Positions 48,138-58,659 are shown, numbered from the stretch's first letter. The stretch: DNA of 64,000 nt from a bacterium (GCA_017961325.1 JAGCXM010000005.1:16052-80051); one strand, 5' to 3'. Made by a program: numbers and translations. The notes: generated from the sequence alone by a model not told the origin.

Positions 48138-49218
48138 TTTTTCCGTAAACTATTTTTCTTACCGCCTCTTTTACTTCGATTTCGACACCGGGATCCCTTA
48201 AAATCAGCGTGAGCAGGGGTTTGAGGTCGGGAATTTCGTCTGCAAAGTTTCCGATTGCCGGAACAAAGGCGAGTTTCGATTCCGTTATTTTCCGGTATTT
48301 CCCGGCATTTTCCGTTTTAAGAAGCGGAATAATCACGTCTTTTACTGGTTTTCCGTCGGTAAAGCAGATAAGCTGCGAAAAAAGTTCCTTGTGTGCTATC
48401 GGAATTTCGTGAAAATCGTAAAAGGCGCTTTCAATAACCGCTTTTCTGATGAAATATGGCGAATTTTTTACAAACAGATTCCTGAAGCCGTTGTCGCGCC
48501 GTTTCAGCGAAAGTGCCTCTTTCATTGTCGAAAGTGCACGGAACCTGTCGTGTTCGCGCGGTGAAAGCATGAATATGAGCAGAAAGTTGAATGACGGGTG
48601 TATTCCCATCGCGTCGAGAATCTTCTGCGTATATCCGGCACCGTCGATCTGATAGAGAATTATGTGTATCCAGCGCTCGATGTGGTCGCGCGAAACGAAG
48701 CTGAGTTCCGGCAGAGTCGAAAGGTAGAACGCCAGAAAATTGCTGTCTGCATGCTCGATGAAACTGTGAATGTCCTTTTCGGCGACTTTTATCAGCTGTT
48801 TGTGGATGTTGTCAGAAAATTTCATTTCGAAAAGGCGGTATTTTCTGAAGATGAAGCTGACGAGTTCCATCAGCCTTCCGGTGTCGTTACCTAGAATGTC
48901 GGAAAATGTCTCGCGAAGTTCGGTGTTGTTGTAAGTTATTGATTTCGTAAACAAATCATTGATGTTCTGTTTCAGAATCCTGTTGGCATGTTCGAAACAG
49001 AAGCCGATTTCCTTGCCGTTTGCCGCAGCACTTTTGAGGAAAATGTAGATCGACGCTATGTCGAACATCCTGTTTGATTCGATAAGATTTTCAATCAGCG
49101 CGTTTAAAGCGGGCAGAACATTCTCTTTGTCTTCCGAAGAAGCCAGAAGTTCTTCAAGATGTTCGATGCAGTTTTTAAGCGGTCTGTCTTTGAAAAGATT
49201 TCTGCTGCTGTCCATCAT
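48127..49218 (-). CDS. hypothetical alpha-helical protein
   Basis: 363-aa ORF overlapping both neighbours in the dapF-nadD operon. Confidence 0.7.
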   Translation of the reverse strand: MMDSSRNLFKDRPLKNCIEHLEELLASSEDKENVLPALNALIENLIESNRMFDIASIYIFLKSAAANGKEIGFCFEHANRILKQNINDLFTKSITYNNTELRETFSDILGNDTGRLMELVSFIFRKYRLFEMKFSDNIHKQLIKVAEKDIHSFIEHADSNFLAFYLSTLPELSFVSRDHIERWIHIILYQIDGAGYTQKILDAMGIHPSFNFLLIFMLSPREHDRFRALSTMKEALSLKRRDNGFRNLFVKNSPYFIRKAVIESAFYDFHEIPIAHKELFSQLICFTDGKPVKDVIIPLLKTENAGKYRKITESKLAFVPAIGNFADEIPDLKPLLTLILRDPGVEIEVKEAVRKIVYGKNER

Positions 49219-50018
49219 CCTTCGAATGTGCCGGAAAAAATTCTGAGCGGAACTCCGGAAATGAAAGTCTGACCTTCATCGTTTATCGTATAGTCAATGT
49301 CTCCGCCGGGATATTTGACTGTAAATGTCTGATTTTTTTGAATTTTTCCTATTTTTAAAAGCGTGTTCACTACTGCCGCTCCGCCGGTTCCGCAGGCAAG
49401 AGTTCTTCCTGCGCCGCGCTCGAAGACTTCGACTTTCGCACAGTTTTTAACAGGGTCGATACTGGTCACGAGTTCCACATTCGTTTCGTAGCCGAGTTCA
49501 CGCAGTTTCCAAAGCTCTTCAACGTCAGTATTCGTGCCGTTTCCGGCAATGTAGACCAGATGCGGATTGCCGGTCGAAACGCCTGTTCTGATGAAGTCGC
49601 ATCCGCCGATTTTCACTGTTTTTGTTTCGTCGATGATTTTTGCCTTTCCGAGCAAGGCACTGATTTTGCAGGAGTTCTCCGCTTTTTCGCAGCGTGCTTC
49701 AAGCAGACCGTTTCCGGTTTCGATTTTCAGCGGATTGAAGGAAAAACCGCAGTCGGTGATGAGATAAAGCGCGAAACAGCGTATCCCGTTGCCGCACATT
49801 TCGGCTAGTGATCCGTCGCTGTTGAAAATCGTCATTTTCGCATGTGCGTTTTTGTTTTCAGGCTCTGAATGGAGCAGAATTCCGTCCGCACCGATTCCGA
49901 ATCTGCGGTCGCATAGCCTGACGATGTTTTCTTTAGTCAGTTCTAAGCCGCAAAGATCGCTTTCACGAATGATTACAAAATCGTTGCCTGCTGCGACATA
50001 TTTGAAGAACTTGAACAT
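49215..50018 (-). CDS. dapF: diaminopimelate epimerase
   Basis: GNDF, LCDRRFGIGADG, NSDGSLAEMCGNGIRC, GNPH, ERGAGRTLACGTG. Confidence 0.95.
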   Translation of the reverse strand: MFKFFKYVAAGNDFVIIRESDLCGLELTKENIVRLCDRRFGIGADGILLHSEPENKNAHAKMTIFNSDGSLAEMCGNGIRCFALYLITDCGFSFNPLKIETGNGLLEARCEKAENSCKISALLGKAKIIDETKTVKIGGCDFIRTGVSTGNPHLVYIAGNGTNTDVEELWKLRELGYETNVELVTSIDPVKNCAKVEVFERGAGRTLACGTGGAAVVNTLLKIGKIQKNQTFTVKYPGGDIDYTINDEGQTFISGVPLRIFSGTFEG

Positions 50019-50024
50019 TTACGG

Positions 50025-50519
50025 TTACTTATCCTCGATTGCCTTGCGGCTTTCCTTGAATCTGAAAACGACGAATTTGCTGCCGAAGAAGTTGGTGAAC
50101 ATTCCTGCCGCGATACCGCCGAGGTTTGCAAGATCGGGGGTTATGTTGTTGAAAATGAGCAGAAAAGTATAGAAAGCGTATCTCGGAATGAGCGAGAAAA
50201 GGCTGACTGCGAAGAATTTGCCGAAAAGTTTAAGTGATGCCCTGTGATTTTCAGTTTCTTTGCCGAATGTCCAGAAGTGGTTTATGAGGTAATTCTGAAT
50301 TACGGCCGCAAGATAGCCGAAAACCGGGAGAATGAAAAGAAGAATCGTGTCAACCGTTGTCCTGTCCTTGCCTGCGTTTACATTCAGAAGCCACAGAAAA
50401 ACGTGATAGATAACGGCGTCGGTGATGACTCCGAGGCTTCCCGTGAAGCAGAAACGCATAAACTGAAATTTTGTCAAAGCGTCAAAAACACCTTTTAAAT
50501 TCTTAAAAAATTCTTTCAT
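50025..50519 (-). CDS. GtrA family membrane protein
   Basis: QFMRFCFTG, NYLINHFWTF, TNFFGSKFVVF; 4 TM helices. Confidence 0.85.
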   Translation of the reverse strand: MKEFFKNLKGVFDALTKFQFMRFCFTGSLGVITDAVIYHVFLWLLNVNAGKDRTTVDTILLFILPVFGYLAAVIQNYLINHFWTFGKETENHRASLKLFGKFFAVSLFSLIPRYAFYTFLLIFNNITPDLANLGGIAAGMFTNFFGSKFVVFRFKESRKAIEDK

Positions 50520-51292
50520 TTGTCTCTCCTTTTCAAAAGATATGCAGACCATTCGTTTTCGTCGGTTTTTGCGACAAGTTCAAAGTCGCCGAGCCCCATC
50601 CTTTCCATGAAAACGGGCGATTCGCTCGTCAGAACGCCTGAAAGTATGAGCCATTTTGAAGTGAGGCGTTTGAGGTCGTCCGAAAGAAAGTAGAGGACAG
50701 AGGAAATTATGTTTGCAATTACGAGGTCGTATTTTCCCGTAAACTTGTAAAGCGGTTCGCCGCTCAGTTCGATGCCGGAAACATTGTTGAGTCCGATGTT
50801 TTCAGCGGCGTTTTCAAGTGCGTCGGGGTCATTGTCTATGGCAGTTGCCCTGATTCCGTTTTTAAGTTTCCCGGCCGCTATCGCAAGTATTCCCGAACCG
50901 GTGCCTACATCAAGTAATGTGCCGATTCCATTATCTTTTTTAAGCAGCTCTTCGACGAATCCGAGGGCTAGTTTCGTTGTTTCGTGGTGACCTGTTCCGA
51001 AGCCGCGCGCAGGGTTTATGATGATGTCGCCTTCCTCCTTTTTCCACGGCGGAACGACGGTGAGGGAGCCGATTTTGACCGGAACGAAATACTCACGCCA
51101 GAGCTCCTTCCAGTCGCCGTCGGAAATCACCGAAACATTGTATTCCTGCAGCTGATTTTTAACGCTTTCGGTCTTCTCGAAATAGAGAATTACTGCGTTT
51201 TCCTTTTCCTCGCTTCCCAAAAAACCGTCGATTCCGAGGAATTTGTCGGTCGGACAATCCTTCGGAAGAGCTATCTGATACCACTGATTCAT
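50516..51292 (-). CDS. prmA: ribosomal protein L11 methyltransferase
   Basis: DWKELWREYF.P, INPARGFGTGHHETT, LDVGTGSGILAI, DND, ANII, LSG. Confidence 0.93.
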   Translation of the reverse strand: MNQWYQIALPKDCPTDKFLGIDGFLGSEEKENAVILYFEKTESVKNQLQEYNVSVISDGDWKELWREYFVPVKIGSLTVVPPWKKEEGDIIINPARGFGTGHHETTKLALGFVEELLKKDNGIGTLLDVGTGSGILAIAAGKLKNGIRATAIDNDPDALENAAENIGLNNVSGIELSGEPLYKFTGKYDLVIANIISSVLYFLSDDLKRLTSKWLILSGVLTSESPVFMERMGLGDFELVAKTDENEWSAYLLKRRDK

Positions 51293-51463
51293 AATATCCT
51301 CCGCAAAAAAGCACAAAAGAATAGTCCCGGCAGAGAAAAATGCAATGAAAAATTGAAAATCGGAAAAGTATCCGTTCTGCCGCGAAAAAATGGCCCCTTT
51401 ATTTGACTGTTAAAAATTTTTAAGTATAGAAAATCAGTTTTTTTGATGTTTGCGGAGATTGAA

Positions 51464-53047
51464 ATGAGAGTTTTTATTGTTTATTCCGTGCTGATTGCTT
51501 TTTCGTTCCTTTCCTTAACTCCAGCAGGAGTATCGTTAGCCGAACTTCGTGCCGATGACGATTTGGATCTTGATGAACTGGATTTGAACGAGGATGAAGA
51601 CGAAGAAGAAGACGAATCTTATAAAAAGAAAGCAAAAAGAAGCAGATCCTCGGAAGACGACGAGGAGGACGAGGAGGAATCTGCAAAAGACGAGGAAAAG
51701 GATTCGGAAGATGAAGAAGACGAGGAAGAAGATACTGCTTTTTCCAGAAAGTCGGCTAAATCGGAGGAAGCCGAGGAACCGGAGGAACCAGAGGATGATG
51801 CTTATATGCCGACAGGCAAAAAAATAGCCGCTTTCTATTTTTTCGAAGATTCCCATACGCTCAAAAGTGTTTCGCATGTTGCTGCTGAAACGGCAAAACA
51901 GCTCGAAGCGTCGGAAGATTACGATTATGTCGGAACTGAGGCTTTGCTGTTTTCCCTTTCATCCTCTTCCGACATGAAAAAGGCAAAAAGGGATTTCAAT
52001 GAAGGTGTGGCGCTTTATAACGACGACAATCCTGAAGACGCTGTCGATAAATTTAAGTCGGCACTTAAATACATCGAGAACAATATGGATAAGATTCCGG
52101 ATATGAAGTTTTTGAGCGAAGTTATATTTTATCTCGGAGCAAGTTACAAGCTGAGTGACGAGGATAAAGAGGCTGAATCTTATTTTTCGGACTATATTTC
52201 GATAAATCCGGACGCAAAACCGGATGAATCGAAGTTCTCGCGCGAAGTTGTTTCGGCGTTCAACAACGTTAAAAAAAATCATGGCAAGGCTTTCAAGGGT
52301 TCGATCAGGGTTTCAAGCAATCCTGACGGCGCGCTTGTTCTGATTGACGGAAAAATTGCAGGAATCACTCCAATTATCCTGCGCGGAATAAACAGCGGGA
52401 AACACTATTACCGTATTCATAAGAACGGTTATCGCGATGCAGCCGGAACCGTGGTCGTAAGCGGCGGCAGGACAGCTTCGATAAGCGAAACAGTTACGAA
52501 ATATTCTCAGGCTGCCCCGATGTTCGAAGCCGAAAGAGAGATGAAATCTGAATTCGGGCAGGTTTCAATGCTGAGCAAATCAATTGAAATTGCTAAGGAT
52601 TTGGAACTTGACAATATTCTTGTCATCAATGCAAAGCTTGGTGCCGACGAAAGGCTTAACTATACAGGATACATGGTTGATGTGAGAAAGAGGGAATATA
52701 AAAAGTCTGAGGCGGTTTTTGATGTTCCGGAAAAGGGATCTGCTGCAAGGTCTGCTTCCTTAAAGGAATTCAACAAGGCTTTGATCGAAGATCCTTATGA
52801 ATACAAATCTATTTCGGATGCTTTTGCCGCCGAGGTCAGTCTTCTTGTCTCCGACAGTGATAATGCCGATGCGGCGAAAGATAAAAAAAGAGGAAAGCCG
52901 GTTTACAAGGAGTGGTGGCTTTGGACCGTAGTCGGTGTTGTTGTTCTTGCCGGAGCCGGTGTCGGAACTTATTTTGCGCTGACTGCAGACAAAAGCGGCA
53001 GTGACGGCGGTGACGGGGCAACGTTAAAGATCAATTTTAATAAGTAG
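51464..53047 (+). CDS. PEGA domain protein with acidic N-terminus, TPR and C-terminal TM
   Basis: Signal peptide; D/E tract; SNPDGALVLIDG..GITP (PEGA); PVYKEWWLWTVVGVVV C-terminal anchor. Confidence 0.85.
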   Translation: MRVFIVYSVLIAFSFLSLTPAGVSLAELRADDDLDLDELDLNEDEDEEEDESYKKKAKRSRSSEDDEEDEEESAKDEEKDSEDEEDEEEDTAFSRKSAKSEEAEEPEEPEDDAYMPTGKKIAAFYFFEDSHTLKSVSHVAAETAKQLEASEDYDYVGTEALLFSLSSSSDMKKAKRDFNEGVALYNDDNPEDAVDKFKSALKYIENNMDKIPDMKFLSEVIFYLGASYKLSDEDKEAESYFSDYISINPDAKPDESKFSREVVSAFNNVKKNHGKAFKGSIRVSSNPDGALVLIDGKIAGITPIILRGINSGKHYYRIHKNGYRDAAGTVVVSGGRTASISETVTKYSQAAPMFEAEREMKSEFGQVSMLSKSIEIAKDLELDNILVINAKLGADERLNYTGYMVDVRKREYKKSEAVFDVPEKGSAARSASLKEFNKALIEDPYEYKSISDAFAAEVSLLVSDSDNADAAKDKKRGKPVYKEWWLWTVVGVVVLAGAGVGTYFALTADKSGSDGGDGATLKINFNK

Positions 53048-53056
53048 GGGGAAGAA

Positions 53057-53245
53057 ATGAGCGAAAAAAATGAAGCAAAACAGATCGAAATCGATACCAG
53101 AACACTCGAAAGAAAGCTCAAAAGCGGTGAAATTACTGAAGAAGAATACAAAAAATATCTCGACGGCCTTGAAGAATGCTCTGATTACGACACAATTGAC
53201 GAAAACGCTCTCATCAAAGAAGCCGGCATAAAAAGAAACTACTAG
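53057..53245 (+). CDS. small conserved hypothetical protein
   Basis: GGGGG RBS; DTRTLERKLKSGEITEEEYKKYL resembles a small deltaproteobacterial family (from memory). Confidence 0.75.
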   Translation: MSEKNEAKQIEIDTRTLERKLKSGEITEEEYKKYLDGLEECSDYDTIDENALIKEAGIKRNY

Positions 53246-53252
53246 GTGAAAA

Positions 53253-53531
53253 ATGGATAAAGAAACGAATTCCGAACTTTCGTCAATAGTCAGTCCGTCG
53301 TTTGAAAGCCTTGTTTCATCTGTTTATTCGGCTGTTCTCCTGAATCTTGGCGAAATCAAAGTCAAAGGCGTCGGCGGAATGAACGAAAATATCGAAATTG
53401 CCAAGTTCAACATCGGACTTCTCAAAATGCTTGAAGAAAAAACGAAGGGAAACCTTACCGACGAGGAGAATTCCTATCTTCAGGGCGTAATTTTAAATTC
53501 TGTGGAAAAACTGCGTGAACATTCGCTCTGA
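53253..53531 (+). CDS. DUF1844 family protein
   Basis: F..LV.S....LLNLG, AKFNIGLLKMLEEKTKGNLTDEE. Confidence 0.85.
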   Translation: MDKETNSELSSIVSPSFESLVSSVYSAVLLNLGEIKVKGVGGMNENIEIAKFNIGLLKMLEEKTKGNLTDEENSYLQGVILNSVEKLREHSL

Positions 53532-54315
53532 CAGGCTTTCGCAAGTTATCGAAATAGCTGAAAAAGCCGGCATTATAGCAAAAAGGTTTTTTTGTTCCCA
53601 CGAGCTTAAAAAATCGTTCAAATCTAAGTGTGATTTGGTTTCTGAAGCTGACCTGACTATCGAGAAAATGCTTATTGAATCGCTAAAAACTGTAGATGAT
53701 ATTGAGTTTTTAAGCGAAGAGTTCAATCCGGGGACCAGTCTTGCCGCACCCTGCTGGATAGTGGATCCGATTGACGGAACGACGAATTTCGTTGCCGGAA
53801 TAGCCCCTTTTGCAATTTCAATCGCCCGTTACGACGGATGCGGCGTAGATCTGGCGGTCTGTTTTCTTCCCGTGACAAATGAAATGTTTTCAGCTGAAAA
53901 GGGCAGGGGGGCCTTTTTGAACGGTGAAAGAATTTCGGTAAACCGGGATGATGACCCGATAAACTGCGTCGGTGCAACTGGTTTTGCCGACATAACCCAG
54001 CACGGCGGCACAGGAACCTTGCCTGTTTTCTGCAGCATGGTCCAGAAAACCCGTGCAATGAGAAGACTGGGCTCCGCCGTGACCGATCTGGTCTATACTG
54101 CGTGCGGCAAATTTGCCTTTTTTTATGAAGCAGGCCTCTCTCCGTGGGATGTCGCTGCCGGCTCTTTGATTGTAAAGGAGGCCGGCGGAATCGTTACCGA
54201 CTTTTCAGGCGGAAACGACTATATTCTGGGAAAAACGATCATAGCTTCAAATCCCGCAATGCATGATTTCGTAAAAACCGAAATAGCAGATTCGCTTCAG
54301 CGGACAAAAATATGA
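53515..54315 (+). CDS. suhB: inositol monophosphatase family protein
   Basis: DLVSEAD, LSEE, WIVDPIDGTTNF, RRLGSA, PWDVAAG. Confidence 0.92.
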   Translation: MNIRSDRLSQVIEIAEKAGIIAKRFFCSHELKKSFKSKCDLVSEADLTIEKMLIESLKTVDDIEFLSEEFNPGTSLAAPCWIVDPIDGTTNFVAGIAPFAISIARYDGCGVDLAVCFLPVTNEMFSAEKGRGAFLNGERISVNRDDDPINCVGATGFADITQHGGTGTLPVFCSMVQKTRAMRRLGSAVTDLVYTACGKFAFFYEAGLSPWDVAAGSLIVKEAGGIVTDFSGGNDYILGKTIIASNPAMHDFVKTEIADSLQRTKI

Positions 54316-55559
54316 GAAACGGTCTTTTCTTACTTTTAGTGCTGATTTTATTGGTGTTTTCCGCAGGATGCGAGGCTTCGCTTCCTGATCTGCCCGAAAT
54401 GGAAGAATCGATGGATGTCGATATTTTTGAAATCGGAGACGAAGATGAAGTCAAAGATGCGGAGGCAAATCAGGATGAAGACGCCGTCGAAGATGAAGAT
54501 TCGGCGGAACCTCAAATAAAGGCCTCTCACGTTATTGTGGCTGAGGTCGGCGGATACGATGTGCCGATGAGCGGGAAAGTTTTTTATGCCGAGAACGAAA
54601 ATCTTAATGATTTCAGGGAAGTTCCGGTAGAAAACGGTATGGGAAGTCCGACCGGCGCAGATCTCAACCTTGCAGTGTGGCAGGGTGGTTTCGTTTCTAT
54701 CGGAAGGCATGATTCGTCGTCTCTTTATTTTTTCGGCAACGATTTTGAATTCAATAAGGAAATCAAAATAAAATCAGATATTTACATAAACATGCAGGAT
54801 GTCGTATACAATTCCTTCAAGGATGAGTTCATAATTTCGGCGCTTAGTTCGAATAAACTGATTCTTTTGAAAAATGATTTTGTTAACGCCGATATTTCCG
54901 AGCTTGAACTCAGCAAGAATGAACTTGCAAGCCCTGCGAAAATGCGGATTATAGGCGGCAGACTTTTTGTCGCGCTGCAGAATCTGGATGAACGCAATTT
55001 GCCGGACAAAGGTGAAGTTGCTGTCGTAAACCTTGAAGATTATTCGGTAAAACTGGTAAGTCTTCCTAAAAAGAATCCTACAGGAAAGATAGAGTACAAT
55101 GCAGCTTTTGATACAAAACATATTTATTTCGTTGCGACCGGCGAATGGCAGAAACGGGACGGCGCACTTCTTCAAATGGATTTGGAAACATATGAAACGA
55201 AGGTGGTTTTGAGTGAATCCGAAGAAGAAAACAACATCCTTGACGGTGATTTCGTCGACGTGACGATAGCCGATAACGGCGAATTTTACATCATTTTTTC
55301 GAACAATTCGTCAAAATGGGAGAATAATCTGCTTAAATATCTTCCGGGTGACGGCATAGTTTCAAAAATCGACTCGAATATAAACGCTTTTGCTGCGAAT
55401 CCGATAGATTTCAGTCCGATGACCGGAAGAATTTATTATTTTGTCGATATCGGATCTGATACGTATTTGAAATGTTTTGATACAAAAACTGCTGAATCTG
55501 AAACGGTTCTTCTGGATTCCGGACCTGCGGCTCTGCGGGTAAAACTTGAAATTGAGTGA
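54312..55559 (+). CDS. beta-propeller-like lipoprotein (YncE/DUF5074-like) with acidic stalk
   Basis: Lipobox SAGC; acidic linker; RLFVALQNLD...VAVVNL...LPKKNP blade-like motifs. Confidence 0.6.
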   Translation: MRNGLFLLLVLILLVFSAGCEASLPDLPEMEESMDVDIFEIGDEDEVKDAEANQDEDAVEDEDSAEPQIKASHVIVAEVGGYDVPMSGKVFYAENENLNDFREVPVENGMGSPTGADLNLAVWQGGFVSIGRHDSSSLYFFGNDFEFNKEIKIKSDIYINMQDVVYNSFKDEFIISALSSNKLILLKNDFVNADISELELSKNELASPAKMRIIGGRLFVALQNLDERNLPDKGEVAVVNLEDYSVKLVSLPKKNPTGKIEYNAAFDTKHIYFVATGEWQKRDGALLQMDLETYETKVVLSESEEENNILDGDFVDVTIADNGEFYIIFSNNSSKWENNLLKYLPGDGIVSKIDSNINAFAANPIDFSPMTGRIYYFVDIGSDTYLKCFDTKTAESETVLLDSGPAALRVKLEIE

Positions 55560-55691
55560 AAAGTTTTACATCAATTTAATAAAATTTGACATTTTTATAT
55601 TATTTTAATACCTTTCACGCCAAGTTCATTCGGCGGTTGTTCGAATGTTTATATATATTTTTCCCGGAGGAGCCGTAAGGTTTTTATATAA

Positions 55692-56249
55692 TTGGAAAAA
55701 TCTGATTTGCGCAGAAATGTTCTGTCACTCAGGAAAAAGCTGGGTGCTGCAGAACTTGAAATATCAAGTAAAAAAATCGTGAACAGCTTGATTTCATTGG
55801 ATGTTTTCAAGAGATCAAACGTCGTTGCACTCTATGTTCCGATAAAAAACGAAGTCGATCTTATGAGCCTTTTCCCGGAAAAAGGAAAGCGTTTCGTTTT
55901 TCCGCGGGTCGAAAACGGAACGAAAAAGCTCTCTTTTTACGAAGCTTCATCTTCAGACGACTTTGAAAAAGGAAGTTTCAACATTCCTGAACCTAAAACG
56001 ACTCTCAACAAGGTTGACGTTGAAAATATTGATCTTTTTCTTGTTCCCGGTGTCGCTTTTTCGGAAAAATGCGAAAGAATCGGTTACGGCGGCGGTTTTT
56101 ACGACGCCACGCTTAAATATAAAAGCAAAAATGCACGGACTCTTGGTGTCGCTTTTGATTTTCAGATCGTGGATTCTGGCTTTTCGGAGCCTTTTGACGA
56201 ACGGCTTGACGCAGTTGCGACGGATGAGAGGATTATTATAAACAGTTAA
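55692..56249 (+). CDS. ygfA: 5-formyltetrahydrofolate cyclo-ligase
   Basis: KSDLR, NEVD, IPEP, LVPGVAF, RIGYGGGFYD. Confidence 0.93.
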   Translation: MEKSDLRRNVLSLRKKLGAAELEISSKKIVNSLISLDVFKRSNVVALYVPIKNEVDLMSLFPEKGKRFVFPRVENGTKKLSFYEASSSDDFEKGSFNIPEPKTTLNKVDVENIDLFLVPGVAFSEKCERIGYGGGFYDATLKYKSKNARTLGVAFDFQIVDSGFSEPFDERLDAVATDERIIINS

Positions 56250-56263
56250 ACAAGGAGAACAAA

Positions 56264-57817
56264 ATGCTTAATTCAATAATTTTTCTTATTATTGGAATTT
56301 TGCTCGGTGCCGCACTTTGGGCGATGTCAAGATCGCTAGTTTTCAAAGAGAAAATGGAAAAAGCCCAGAAAGAACTCAGCAACGCGAAAGATGATGCCGC
56401 AAAGGTTGTGAAGGAAGCGGAAATCAAAGCTCAGGAGATCATTCTCGAAGGCAAAAAAGAGACTGAAAATTCAAAGAACGAACTTCTGAAGGAGTTCAAG
56501 GAACGCGAAAAAAGGCTCAACAAGCGCGAAGAACAGCTTACACAGCGCGACGAACTCAACATCGTCAAGGAGAAGGAACTGAAAGCTATCGAGAAAAAGC
56601 AGAAGGATGACGAGATTTTCCTCGACAACCAGCGCGTCCAGCTTGACGAAAAACTTGCCGAAGCCAACAGCGAGCTTGAAAGAATCGCAGGAATGACTCA
56701 GGAAGAGGCGAAGGAAGTACTGATTCAGAAAATCGAAGACGAAGCGAAACACGATGCCGCGAAAAAGATCAAAGCCATTGAAGACGCGATGGTCGAAGAC
56801 GCCGAAAAGAAGAGCAAGGAGATTCTTTCGACCGCCATCCAGCGCTATGCAGGCGAATATGTCGTTGAAAATACCGTCACGACAGTCAGCCTTCCGAATG
56901 ACGAGATGAAAGGCAGAATCATCGGCCGCGAAGGAAGAAACATCCGCGCCATTGAGTCGATTACCGGCGTTGATCTCATCATTGACGATACTCCCGAAGC
57001 AGTCGTAATCAGCAATTTCAACCCGATAAGAAGGCAGATTGCCTCTCTTACGCTTCAGAAACTCATCGCCGACGGCAGAATCCATCCCGGCAGAATCGAA
57101 GAAGTTTTCGATGCCTGCACGAAAGAGGTCTGGAAAGCGATCAAAGAGGCCGGCGATCAGGCTGTTTTCGACCTCGGAATCCACAAACTCCATCCCGAAC
57201 TCGTTCTTCTTGTCGGTCGTCTGAGATACAGAACAAGCTACGGTCAGAACGTCTGGAAACACTCCGTTGAGGCAGCTTTCCTTGCAGGTGAGATCGCGGC
57301 TGAGCTCGGTTGCAGCGCAAACAGCATCAAAAACGCGAAACGTGCCGGACTTCTTCACGATATAGGCAAGGCTGTTGACCACGAAATCGAGGGAAGCCAT
57401 GCTTCAATAGGCGCGAAACTTGCAGAAAAATACGGCGAGCAGCACAGAATCGTCGCTGCGATCGCGGCTCACCACGGCGAAGTCAAGCCCGAAACAGTTC
57501 TCGACTTCATCGTTTCAGCGGCCGACGCCCTGAGCGGCGCAAGGCCCGGCGCAAGAAGAGAAATGGCCGAGGCTTACGTCCAGAGACTTACCGACCTTGA
57601 AAATATTGCGAACTCCTTCAACGGCGTTGACAAATCGTTCGCGATCCAGGCAGGAAGAGAACTCCGCGTCATGGTTGACACCGCGAAAGTCAACGATGAA
57701 GACGCTTACACGCTGGCAAACGACATCGCGAAGAAAATCGAAACCGACCTTTCATATCCGGGTCAGATAAAAGTCATCGTTATCAGAGAAACAAGAGTTA
57801 TAGCTACCGCGCAGTAA
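56264..57817 (+). CDS. rny: ribonuclease Y
   Basis: TM + coiled coil; KH motif MKGRIIGREGRNIR; RTSYGQNV..HS, LLHDIGKA (HD); ARPGAR, YPGQIKV. Confidence 0.97.
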   Translation: MLNSIIFLIIGILLGAALWAMSRSLVFKEKMEKAQKELSNAKDDAAKVVKEAEIKAQEIILEGKKETENSKNELLKEFKEREKRLNKREEQLTQRDELNIVKEKELKAIEKKQKDDEIFLDNQRVQLDEKLAEANSELERIAGMTQEEAKEVLIQKIEDEAKHDAAKKIKAIEDAMVEDAEKKSKEILSTAIQRYAGEYVVENTVTTVSLPNDEMKGRIIGREGRNIRAIESITGVDLIIDDTPEAVVISNFNPIRRQIASLTLQKLIADGRIHPGRIEEVFDACTKEVWKAIKEAGDQAVFDLGIHKLHPELVLLVGRLRYRTSYGQNVWKHSVEAAFLAGEIAAELGCSANSIKNAKRAGLLHDIGKAVDHEIEGSHASIGAKLAEKYGEQHRIVAAIAAHHGEVKPETVLDFIVSAADALSGARPGARREMAEAYVQRLTDLENIANSFNGVDKSFAIQAGRELRVMVDTAKVNDEDAYTLANDIAKKIETDLSYPGQIKVIVIRETRVIATAQ

Positions 57818-57818
57818 A

Positions 57819-58604
57819 ATGACTTTCAGAATCCTCGCTTTAGGCGACATCGTCGGCAGACACGCAAGGAATTTCGTTAAAGAGCAGCTTCCTAAAATTA
57901 TTGAAGAAAATTCAGTGGATTTCGTCATTGCAAACGGCGAAAACACCTCCGGCGGAATGGGACTTCTTGAAAAGCATGCGACTCTTCTGCATTCTTGCGG
58001 AGTAGACGTCATCACTTCGGGAAACCACATCTGGAACAGAAACGAGATCTATTCATTCATCGACAGAATGCCTTACGTTCTGCGCCCGGCAAACTATCCT
58101 GACGATCTTCCGGGAAAAGGTTCAGTCGTCGTAACACACGAAAAAACGGGGATGAAAGTCGGCGTTCTCAATCTTTTGGGAACGGTTTTCATGCCGCCGA
58201 TAGACTCTCCTTTCAAAAAAGCGCTGACCGAAATCGAAAAACTGCGTTCGGACGGTGCAGACATAATAGTTCTCGACTTTCACGCCGAAGCAACTGCCGA
58301 AAAAGAGGCTTTCGGTTTCTATCTTTCCGATAAAATCGAACTTTTCTTCGGTACCCACACCCACGTCCAGACTTCCGACGAGAAAATAATCAGCGAAAAA
58401 ATGGGCTACATCACCGATCTCGGCCGCTGCGGTTCATTCTTCTCAGTCATCGGTTTCAACGAAAAAGAGAGCATCACAGGCTATCTCTCGAACATCCCTC
58501 AGCATTTCGTTCCGGCGAAAAACGATATCAGAATCGAAGGGATCGTTGCCGATTTCGAACTGAATCCGAGCCGCTGCGTCGGCATAAAAAGGATAAGAGT
58601 CTGA
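57819..58604 (+). CDS. ymdB: YmdB/TIGR00282 metallophosphoesterase
   Basis: GDIVG, NGEN, TSGNHIW, RPANYP, DFHAEAT.EK, GTHTHVQT. Confidence 0.94.
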   Translation: MTFRILALGDIVGRHARNFVKEQLPKIIEENSVDFVIANGENTSGGMGLLEKHATLLHSCGVDVITSGNHIWNRNEIYSFIDRMPYVLRPANYPDDLPGKGSVVVTHEKTGMKVGVLNLLGTVFMPPIDSPFKKALTEIEKLRSDGADIIVLDFHAEATAEKEAFGFYLSDKIELFFGTHTHVQTSDEKIISEKMGYITDLGRCGSFFSVIGFNEKESITGYLSNIPQHFVPAKNDIRIEGIVADFELNPSRCVGIKRIRV

Positions 58605-58629
58605 ATTTATTGCCTTAATTGGGTAACAG

Positions 58630-58659
58630 GAATACGGCGCATTCCGCGCCGACTTATTC
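58630..58659. terminator. hairpin between convergent genes (putative terminator)
   Basis: cggcgc-attcc-gcgccg flanked by gaata/tattc. Confidence 0.5.

Noticed and set aside
51410-51423. Palindrome ttaaaaatttttaa in a promoter spacer
   Set aside because: Pure A/T; likely chance in AT-rich intergenic DNA, and no second copy noticed.
56471-57400. 309-aa ORF antisense to rny
   Set aside because: Shadow ORF of a conserved gene.
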